DNA of 59,070 bases, filler included, from Sphacelaria rigidula (Eukaryota), in the NCBI GenBank assembly GCA_964200075.2. It is 10 parts of 10 records of this genome, joined end to end, with 100 filler letters (N's around TTAATTAATTAA, not from the genome) between each part and the next. Parts side by side here need not be neighbours in the genome. Positions count along the whole stretch, not along the records: positions 47,337 to 53,153 come from CAXNAA020024236.1; positions 53,254 to 59,070 come from CAXNAA020024237.1; 8 more parts are not named here. One strand, written 5' to 3'. Positions 49,595 to 59,070 of this stretch are shown here, piece by piece. The notes under the pieces are model-generated. The model saw nothing but the letters and a program-made list of their open reading frames with translations. It was not told where the DNA came from and ran no database searches. The position numbers were made by a program, and so were the translations under genes. Numbering within the stretch: the stretch's first letter is position 1; every line of letters starts with the position of its first letter.

Positions 49595-49842
49595 CCCTTT
49601 TGGAACTGTGTGATGGACAAGTGACGATTGACAAACTCCCATACATGCGAGCTTTTGTCCCCGGGAAAGCGTCACTTCGAGTACGGTGCACGAACCTATC
49701 ACATGACTATACTTGAACTGAGAGTGGTGCGCCGTTTTGGTGGACTGCACCATCAACACTTACTCGCAGAAGAACAATCATATATTGCCAAAGAAAACGT
49801 CAATTGTAAATCGTCACTCTTTCATCAACGGTTCCAAAAGGG
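49595..49842. mobile_element. 248-bp piggyBac-type MITE (family P2)
   Basis: Flanks TCAA (49591) and TTAA (49843). ~40-bp imperfect TIRs CCCTTTTGGAAC.G..GATG.A.AGTGACGATT.ACAA. Confidence 0.85.
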
Positions 49843-52550
49843 TTAAGCATGCCTCGCTTTAAACAACTGTGCATTGTTATAACACAACGGCGAGGACTTC
49901 GACTTCTTTTCACCACTAGATAAAATGGTGAACCTGTAAAAAAAACAACGCATTGCCTGTATAAGAAAGGCAATTGAATCAACAAGGCGCGACACCTCGT
50001 CCGTCGTCACCTGAGTACATTTGCGAGAGCCCTTCCTTCAGGCGCTTACCCCCGTCTTCCCGCTCTTCCGTAATCACGTCCACGCAAATATTTACCACCT
50101 GTTCCGAGCAACGTCCACCAGGGTGAAGGAACAGGACCGATAAACAAGCAATAAAGCGAAGCTACAAGGCACAGAGTTCGCTCGTACTCGTATGTGTCAG
50201 CACCATTATGAATACCTCAAGAAAAAAAAAGAGAGAGAACGTTGTGGTCAGTTTGCCGCCTAGGAATGAAGTGATATTTGGCACCTATTCATGTTTACCA
50301 GGGGTTTCCTCATGATTTCGCCGCGTAGAATTGATCACTGCGGTGTATCATGTGCGGCATCGGCACGTTCGAGGAAACGATCCCATTCCGACCACCATAA
50401 AGAAAATTCAAAATCCCGCGAGCAACGACACTCTGTTGCACAAAACAACGGAAATCGTCCACGTGGAGTGTGTTGTTACGGTCAATATACCGCACCAAAA
50501 ACCACCGTGGTTCGCGTTGACGTTCGTTTGAAGCGCCAAATTAGCGTCATAGTATCTCACGCCCAAACTCGGAAAGGCGGGAATTTCAACTCCCGTCAAA
50601 TTGGTCCTTGTAATGCTGTAGCGACTTCTCGAATTCTGCGGTGGTTCAAGACTCGTGCGTGATTTCATCACCTAGATTCTCATGCGATGAAATGACGAGG
50701 AAAAACAACCCGATACACACACATCGCCATAATAACCTTCTGGTGATGCTTTCAGAAAAAAAAACGCGTTTCGGCCATATGTGTCTCTCTGCACTGAAGT
50801 CACAGACCCCCTGCCCCCTAACACGCCGCTCCGATCTTTGAAACCCTGTAAGACAAACGGGATGGGTGATGACGAACCAGGGTAGTTTCGTGTGTTGAGT
50901 GTTCTGTAATCCAAGGGTGCGGGCAGCGGTTACCTATCTATTCCAGTCCTGACCGACGGTAGCCAAGGTTTGACCACGGAAAATCAGAGCGAGAAAATCT
51001 CAGATCAGCACTGTACCGAAGCCTCCTGTTTACAGTGTCCCGCTACCACCGCTTAACCCGGTACTAACCATCTTGGGGTCCCTTCACCATCCACGGCATC
51101 TCCAGCAAAAATGAAACCTCGAGAAAAAAAAAGGGAGAAAAGCGACGGGCTCAAATTGTCTTCTTGTCACCACCCTAGGCGATCATGAAACCAGATGAGA
51201 TTTCCTCCAGAATCAACTCCGCAGCCCGTAACCGGCAAAAAGTTGAGTGCGTGGCATGGACTATCGCGCCGAATCTTTCGACTTGAACAAAATAATGGAG
51301 GTCTTGTGGTCGTGCGGAGGCTCATTTATTGTGGAGGAAGACCGGGGTGGGCTATCCGATCGCCGCGGGTGGGTATACTCTGTGCTCTACGATGAGAAGC
51401 TGTACTTACTACAAATATATATATATATATAGAGAGAGAGAAGATGCCCGCAGTTTTTTCTGTATACTCAAATTTTTATCCCTCTCTCTAGTACACCAAG
51501 GAGAGAAAACAGAAGAAAAAATATCTTGCTACAAGCTGGGCCAGCCTAGAAGTGGATCTGTCGGTTGACGGCATATTATCACCTCTATTTTTGTGAGGAG
51601 AATCGCTACGGCATAATTGAAAAAAACATTTTGGGGCCTTGAGTTTTTTTTTCAAGTAAAGGGCAGAAGCCCATATCCATTTTTCACTAAAAAAAACGTC
51701 CCGCAGTCATGAAAAAAAAATCAACGTCCCATTTATTATTATTTTTATTCTGCACAAGCGACTGATTCACCATGCCAAGTTTTCGAGTTTCAACTCTTAG
51801 AATTGAGGTGAAAATTCCAGCTGTACAGGCTAGGCCAGCCTACAAACGGAGCTGTGCGTTAAAAGCCATTCGCAGCTCAGTTTCAAGAGATATTCTTGCT
51901 CCAAAGGTTAGTGCGGAGAATAGCAAGGGTATAATAACAACACACCCACGGGATATGAAGAGCTTTTTGCGCGAGTTATGGACGTTTTAGTGTACCAAGA
52001 ACCATTTTTCACGAGAACGTCCTCGGCTCGAGAAGAAACAATGCTTACTTATTTTTTTCAGTGAACCCTCGCGATTCTTTATACCACATTTCAAAGTATA
52101 ACTCTAAGTAAGAACTGTGCTGAGAAACCGAATCAAGGGCCAGAAACCATTGTCCATTTTTCACGATAACGTCCTTAATTCATGGGGGGAAAAAAAGAAA
52201 GTCCCGAACGTTCTACTTTATTTTTTTTATGGGATATTCCATAGCAAATTTCACAGCACATCTCGCAAAACTAGAGCGCGAAATCCACATTTCACTGCTT
52301 TTAGTGCCTCTGCTCGTAATATATCAAGCTTAGTACGGAATCATATGTGCGCCATATTTCTGGATAAAAAACGATTGAGGTGAGGGTAGGGGTATCGATC
52401 GTCCCGCCGTACTCCACCAGAAATCACCATCCGCTGTACGCATCATTAGGGGTTTCGTACACTTTAGTACGTCGTGGGATTTGCTCGACACGTTAATCAA
52501 CGAGAAAACATTGGGCAAGGCTTTTGAGCAGATGGTCATCTGCCCCATGA

Positions 52551-52915
52551 TTGTGTGTGTTGTGTCTTGTCGTCCCATCTATTCTGGACGCCGGTTTACA
52601 CGTTTCGGTATATGTGGGCGCATCAGCCGGGGTCACACAGGAGGAAGGTCAACACAGGAATTTCTTCGTTTTTATTTGCTCTAGTACCCCACCTTCCTTC
52701 TGCGGTGCTTGCTTTTATTTTTTCATCACGAGAGGGGTTCAGTAGTCCCTTCCCCTCGTCGACCGTTAAGTCGAATTTTGTGTACCCAGGACATAGTCGC
52801 TCCCCCATGTTGGGCATGATGTGAGAAAAAAATCCTAGATCACTCCGAGAATTGAACCCACGACCCAACTGTCAGAAGGTTTCGAGGTTACCAACTGAGC
52901 CACCGGGCGACCGGC
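52551..52915 (-). mobile_element. tRNA-headed SINE, near full length (~365 bp)
   Basis: Minus strand GCCGGTCGCCCGGTGGCTCAGTTGGTAACC (A box) ... GTGGGTTCAATTCTC (B box), shared body, tail ...GACAAGACACAACACACACAA. Confidence 0.88.
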
Positions 52916-55173
52916 GCACGTACGATTGGAAGACAAGATGTGCGGATCACGCATACAGTAAGGGTTCACATTCACAGTGCCTCCTGGTGGGAACGCGGGA
53001 TAAAATGGAAATTGTTTCGAAATAATCTTTCACGAGAAGAGTCAATTCTCGTTACAAAGTCGACTGCGGTGACGATCTACTGTTGTTACCGACCCAACGC
53101 TCGGTATGAAAGTGGAAGGCAGGCAGTGGGTGGGAGGGGAGGGGAGGGGAGGGNNNNNNNNNNNNNNNNNNNNNNNNNNNNNNNNNNNNNNNNNNNNTTA
53201 ATTAATTAANNNNNNNNNNNNNNNNNNNNNNNNNNNNNNNNNNNNNNNNNNNNCAGACGCCAGACACGTCATTCCTGACCAGCCTCATTGGTCGGTCTGG
53301 AGGCCCGGTCCCACAAGGGTTAATAGACGGATACGTAGAAAAGAGTTAAATATGGCGGCTTTGCCATATTGAAAACGCAAGGTTTTTGCGGAAGAGGGTC
53401 TCATCGGGAGGAAGTGTGTGATGTCGAAGTACAAAAAGACCAACATAAACAAAAAGACATTGCTTGCTACTCAAATATGCCATTTTCACAAACCCGGCGG
53501 TCAAGCAGGGATCGATCACAGACTCGTGACGTACGTCGAACATCATATTTGGCTCATTTCCCCTGGCTGATGAGAGTGCAGCGGCGAACTTGTGTGCGAG
53601 TGCTTGATGACGGGCCTCAATGCAACTTCGAGTGGATGAAAGCGTGACGTTGAGCACCGCGCAGTGCCTTGTTTTGTATTCTCCAAACCAACCTTCAGTG
53701 GTTTACCGCGCACGCTTCGTCGCACAACACATCGTCCGAGTAAGCGCAAGCAAAATAACATCAATTGTCGGCAGACCGCCGTGTAATCCATGTAATGCAT
53801 GTTGTTCAAATCTATGCTAAACATGCTACAGGATATGCACATACCCATGGGAATGTTTGCCGAAATATTGTACCGGGACGAGGCCCGGCGCTGAGAGGGT
53901 TGAGTCTAATTTCGCTTTTCGATTTGGAAAAAACCCCAATGCTATCCAACTTCAGTTCTGCCGTCTGACAAAGGAGACTTGTGTAAACCCGTAACAAATT
54001 TCGCAATAAAAACTCCGGTCCACGAAGTACTCGTCATCTATCCCTCTTTTGATTCGTTTCGCAGCACGGGCGCAGCAGTTCTTTTTCCCACTTATCTTAT
54101 GACTAGACGTGAACAACACGGTAGTCATTACAGTGATAAATACTCCCGAAGTGGTGACCGCTGGACAGTGACTACCAAGTGACCCATGTTGATGTGTTCG
54201 CATCCACTTATTGCCGCGCATGTCTGTGCGCGATGGTGCATGTCAAGACTTATCGGGCACGCGTTTTTATCTCGACACAAGCTGACACTAAGAATGTTTA
54301 CTGAATGTGTATTGTACCAGGCTCGAACTCGGCTTCATACGAGTATGACATGGTATTTGATATCGTGAAATATCCATGCACCACGATATATCCGTACCAT
54401 TTGTCAAGTTCTTTTTTAATATGCACCAGAATTGGCCTGATTTGATGAGTGATGATATTGTGATGAATCGATATATCGATATGGGCTGATGGTACCTGAT
54501 GACACACATCCCTAGCTGATGCGCCTTGACAAGCATCGACGCATTTCATGCCGCGTTTCGATGAAAAATAACTGTTTTTGATTTCAGACACTACTGAGTT
54601 TCCCGCAGGGCTCCGACAATGGAAAGCAGCCTGATGGCAAGTCAACCAGCAGGCCAGTTACAACGCCCCTATTTTCCCGACTGAACTTCAATTCCGCCTG
54701 CCCCAACGTAAGACTCTCGTAGTTGTCCAGCGCGGTGTCACCTGGAATCCCTGCTAATTTTCATGATGCTCTCTGTATTGAGATAGATGAACATTAGCTG
54801 TCGACCCTATTTTTTTTCACACATCCAGAGGGTCCTATCTCGCATTAGTTTGCGTCCTGGGACTGATATCGGAAAACGATGGTTTGTAGGACTGGAGCCC
54901 TACACTATCGGAGGGTATCTGCCCAGAACTACTGTCCAACATCGCCCACTCTTTTCTTGCTGGTTAAGTGTGTACAAGGAGGGTCACCTTGAAGTCTTGA
55001 GCATCCTGGTCGCTAGATGAACAGGATTATTGCAGGCTTCGGGATAACACTTTCTGCTCAATCCTTTCGGCCAAATCTGACTTTTTTTCAACGTAATTCT
55101 TCAAGTGCACACATCCAACTAGATAATACTCCAATGTCTAACGCTTTTCCAGGCGGGACTGTCGGCACCCATG

Positions 55174-55301
55174 TAGCACACTCTGGACAAAAGATTCCGT
55201 TGTCAAGAAGTGTACTGTGTACAGTGTTGCAATAGACGCCATCGTCGATGCTGTACGCAGTACACTTTTTGACAACGGAATCTTTTGTCCAGGGTATGCT
55301 A
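55174..55301. mobile_element. 128-bp hairpin MITE
   Basis: ~52-bp near-perfect arms TAGCACACTCTGGACAAAAGATTCCGTTGTCAAGAAGTGTACTG.GTACAG / CTGTAC.CAGTACACTTTTTGACAACGGAATCTTTTGTCCAGGGTATGCTA, with TA at both ends. Confidence 0.85.
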
Positions 55302-55537
55302 TGTCCTCGTAACAAGTGAAATGGACGCTCAAATATCGTTTCTCTCGACACACAATACTGCATACGATGCAATGTCTACAATATTACCAAACGACAGATG
55401 AAGGGATAATTACAAGAGTTTAAGACGTAGTTTTTCTTCATTACTCTACAGACTGCAGGTATCAACTTGTAAAGGCGATACACTGCAACACCTACTGCAG
55501 CCGCACACACCACGCCCTCGTACTTGGTGCTGCACAG

Positions 55538-55870
55538 GGGTGCATGGTTATGCCATCGATGTTCTGCTTCTGGTTCCTGGTACGACCTGAAGCGACGAGC
55601 TGGAAAGGGTGTTGCAGGAGAGCCGCAGCCAATACCAGCTTCTCCGTCGTCGATTATGGCATCCATTCGACGTCGACATGGCCAAGGTGATGACGCCTCG
55701 GTTGCGAAACCGGTACCAGACCAGCAGCGCGTACGCACCTACCCAGCAAATCTGATGTCCAATCCGCGGTTTGCCCACGTCCGGAACTACCTTACCGGAA
55801 CGCAGCGAGGACAGCGGGGACTCCAAATGAACGTGCTGACCAAGTACGGCGTTGGCTGCGCGGCTTACAC
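55538..55870 (+). CDS. TWNK: Twinkle (T7 gp4-like primase-helicase) exon: second half of the zinc-binding domain and start of the primase region
   Basis: CACAG| acceptor, GAWLCHRCSASGSWYDLK (CxxC), NYLTG...RGLQMNVLTKYGVG, AC|GTGAG donor in phase 2. Confidence 0.85.
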
Positions 55871-56182
55871 GTGAGATATACAGTACAAGGGTTGTCGTCT
55901 GGAGGGCGTACAAGTGTGGAATGCTCTTTGATAGTCTGCAGTTGTAAGAGTACTTGCACAATCCATCATGTGCAACTTCGAGGGCTTCCTCTCTACTAGT
56001 ATATAGTTTTTATTGCGAAATTCTCATGTGCGGTACGTGGGTTTCATGCACATCGTCTCCTCTTTTGGTGACGCCGTGTGCCTGTTCCTCATTGATGGGT
56101 GCCATGTCCAACCCATACAACGTAGCATGTTTTTCGCCGTAACATGTCTGCCTTATTTTCCCGTATGCTGTTCTCGTCTTAG

Positions 56183-56314
56183 ATTCCCCTCTGAGGACGG
56201 GTATAGGGATGCTGAATGCATTACATTTCCCTGGGTTATTGACAAGAAGGACTTTATTCCAGAGGAGCTTGACGACTTGGAGGACTTCCTAAAGGCCAAG
56301 TACGGCCAGCAATC
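56183..56314 (+). CDS. TWNK: Twinkle exon
   Basis: CTTAG| acceptor, phase 2 in and out, FPSEDGYRDAECITFPW motif, TC|GTGAGT donor. Confidence 0.85.
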
Positions 56315-56851
56315 GTGAGTGCGCTCCCGCTATTTTGCAGCTTTTTGGTGACACGTACTTTCGTCATGTGTCGCCTGATCCTGGATTTGTCGCCAGCAGT
56401 GTTCCGTTTCCCGGGCCAGCAAAATATGTTGATCGCTCAGGGGGTGATTCTTGCATTTCGTGACATGAACCGCGCGATTTCTCCAGTGAAATTCATCTTG
56501 GGTAGCGCCCGGTTGCTAACTGGTGGATAGAGAAGCTTGTGACAGCGGTTCCTTGTTGGGTTGCAGTCAGCTGCCTGTAGTATCTCGGGCACATGTATCT
56601 GCAGATTTCGGCCAATTCGTCGCATATAAAGTCAAATGAGTCGTGCTGTCCTGAGCAGCTCGTGTTGAAAGTTGTGTGGGTTGTACTGTACAGATTATTT
56701 TTCAAGGTAGATATGGCCACTATTACCGAGTACCAACAGCAAATTTGAAGGAGGTGTAATCGCTCTGATCATTGCAGAGGTGAACATCGGCCAACCGTTC
56801 TATGCGTTCGATATTATTTGTGGGATATTTTCATCCACTCTCTCACGTCAG

Positions 56852-56999
56852 ATCTGTCCCGGACGCTGTCGTGGTTCGTGTCAAGGCTCGCGCAATCGAC
56901 AACAAACGGTTTCAAAGGCTAGACCCTGCTGGAGGACGTTGGGGAATATTCGGTCTGCACACTGTACCCCCCCACGCCACAACTGTCGTGGTGACGGAG
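56852..56999 (+). CDS. TWNK: Twinkle exon (basic primase region into TOPRIM)
   Basis: GTCAG| acceptor, RVKARAIDNKRFQRLDPAGGRWGIFGLHTVP...VVVTE, GAG|GTAGG donor. Confidence 0.9.
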
Positions 57000-58319
57000 G
57001 TAGGCATGCTTGAACTTGCCTGCATGCTTTTGTCTAGCATGTCTCGGAACAGTAATTCCATTGATGGTCCCGTGGGTGAAATCGAGCGAAGATGCACCTT
57101 TCCTCCCCCGGATAGACATGTATGTCCGAACAGCAGGTATATATTTGTGTCGCGACCTACAGTAGTAGGCGAGTAGAGTGATCACATGGCCAACATCACG
57201 TTAGTATCAAGTCCCCCAACGGATAATCTATCGTTGTTGGTCTCGCAGTGAGGCCGTATTTCACCATTTTCTAACAAGCACCACAATATGCCCTTCAAGC
57301 ATAGTAATAGAGTGCATGGTTTCTGGCGCAGTTGTTGTTATCCTGCCCCTTTTTTTGGCTGTCAAGTGTAACATGGTGTGAACATGGTGCGGAATACTTC
57401 AATACTCATGAAAACCAGCGTAGATTGTGCAATGAAAAGCAGGGGCACATTGATACCTTTGTCCTGCTGTTTTAGACGATTGGTTGGGGAAAGTGCGCCG
57501 AGTCTGTACGTCGTATTCAGTACGGTATAGACGCCGCATGATGCGGTTCAGCCCTGTTCAGTTTGAATGAAGCGATACGCAGATCAACATCAAAAACATG
57601 CTCAAGGTGCCAGCTTTGCCCCCAACTGCCAACTGCCCCGAAAGCACCAAGATAAGGCATATTCAATCAAACCGTACTCGTGTACTGTTTGCGTATGTCG
57701 CAGCAGTACTGACAACGAGAGTGCATGATTCACATAGTACGAGAAGTCAAATGTGAAGTAGACACAGTGCGGTACTCTATACTCGGCGAAAAACACTGTC
57801 GGGCTCCCCGCACAATAACTCTCTTCTGCACAAATGTTCGGTGTTTTGCTCTTGGTGCAAATAGACATGTCACGTGGCAGTCATTCGGCCTGAGTTCTCA
57901 AGTATGCAATACGTACCTGGTGAACTTGCCCCCCTTCGCGGTCAATGGGTGACGAGCAACATCTCAAACCCAATGACCGCTGAAGAACGTTGGACCCGCG
58001 CTGCATTGCACCGTGGTGGCAAAATTAGTACTGTAATCGTTGACTCCAGAGGCGGTTTTGCAGCGTCCATGTTTATTCACCATTCAGCCCGCGCGCGCGT
58101 GGATCGGTTGGTTGAAAATTGTACTTGGTACGCACAAAGAAACAGATGCACGCCTGGAGACTGCGGCCGAAGGAAAGCATTGCCGTCCTCGAGGAGCTGT
58201 TTCCTTGTGCGTCGCTTGCAAGCGGCCACCACAGCAGTGTTTGCTTCTGCGTACGCACCCGATTTTGCTCATCACATCTTGTGATCCTGCGCTGGTGTTA
58301 TTGCACTTGTGGTGAACAG

Positions 58320-58502
58320 GGAGAGTATGATGCCATGGCGGTGTATCAAGCAACGGGTGTTCCCGCTGTCTCTTTGCCTAATGGTGCAAGTTCGTTGCCG
58401 CTTGGGATCCTTCCGCTACTGGAGCGCTTCACGAAGATCTACCTTTGGATGGATAACGACGGGCCAGGGCAAGCAGGCGTCGAAAAATTCGTTCGAAAGC
58501 TC
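58320..58502 (+). CDS. TWNK: Twinkle exon (TOPRIM domain); helicase exons lie beyond the window
   Basis: AACAG| acceptor. The join gives VVTE|GEYDAMAVYQATG.PAVSLPNG...IYLWMDNDGPGQ. CTC|GTAAGT donor. Confidence 0.92.
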
Positions 58503-59070
58503 GTAAGTATGTGTTACCGTCTGTGTTTCTTTGTGGCGCCTTCGTTGAATATCTTGATACTGGGAACGACCACACGAAAGTCTCACTTGTAAGGTCTTAC
58601 CCAGTGTGACAAGATGACATTGTGTCATACATGTGGCAAGCTTGGCTCTGTCAGTTCTCTGTAAAAATGTTGATTCAGAAGATGAACATTAGTGCCGCTG
58701 CTTCCCGTCGTGAAACGCTTTGCAAAACCGCGTTTACGTCCTTCCTTCCCCTTGTGGAACGTACAATCCACCCAAGCGAGCTACAGAAAATCGCGGATAA
58801 TATATTTCGGATTAATTCGGCACTTGTGGGCGAAGGCGTAGTCATTTCCGGTCGTCCACATCGACAATATAATTGCAGCGGCAGTTGCGGTTGCTAGCTC
58901 ATGTGCGTCGGTGCCTGTAATTCGCAAGAGCAGAGCCATGAAGGGCATGCTTCGTTCAGACTGAATGTAGGCGTGAGGAATAGCACGCCTGTAGTGCCAC
59001 TGTAGCACACGTCGGACAGATCAGTTTCTATGCGATCCGGCTCCTACAGGTGAAGTATGAACACACTTGT

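Noticed and set aside
48875..49624. 249-aa ORF
   Set aside because: It runs through a repeat array and into a MITE, with no recognisable protein features.

Overview
This is eukaryotic nuclear DNA, not a continuous locus. It is ten unrelated pieces, each exactly 5817 bp, joined by identical 100-bp spacers (N44-TTAATTAATTAA-N44), so nothing can be linked across a spacer. Long GT-AG introns, a plastid Tic20-family gene, a Twinkle gene with an apparently intact primase domain, and the repeat landscape suggest an alga with a repeat-rich genome. A brown alga is my inference and is not proven. Supported genes: the last two exons of a Tic20/Ycf60-family gene (35503-38530, +), four internal exons of a Twinkle primase-helicase (55538-58502, +), and spliced exons of two unidentified low-complexity proteins (- strand). 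Mobile DNA dominates. There is a decayed RTE-type LINE (17752-21722), a decayed Ty3/gypsy pol with a chromodomain and a possible extra Tudor-like domain (41420-47150, -), five copies of a tRNA-headed SINE, TTAA-flanked piggyBac-type MITEs, other TIR/foldback elements, truncated LINE tails, and several degenerate arrays with a 40-42 bp period. I found no convincing new multi-gene system. The best leads are the possible double chromatin-reader tail on the gypsy integrase, the ~42-bp conserved-core/variable-spacer arrays, and a LINE family that appears to sit in C/G-rich tracts.
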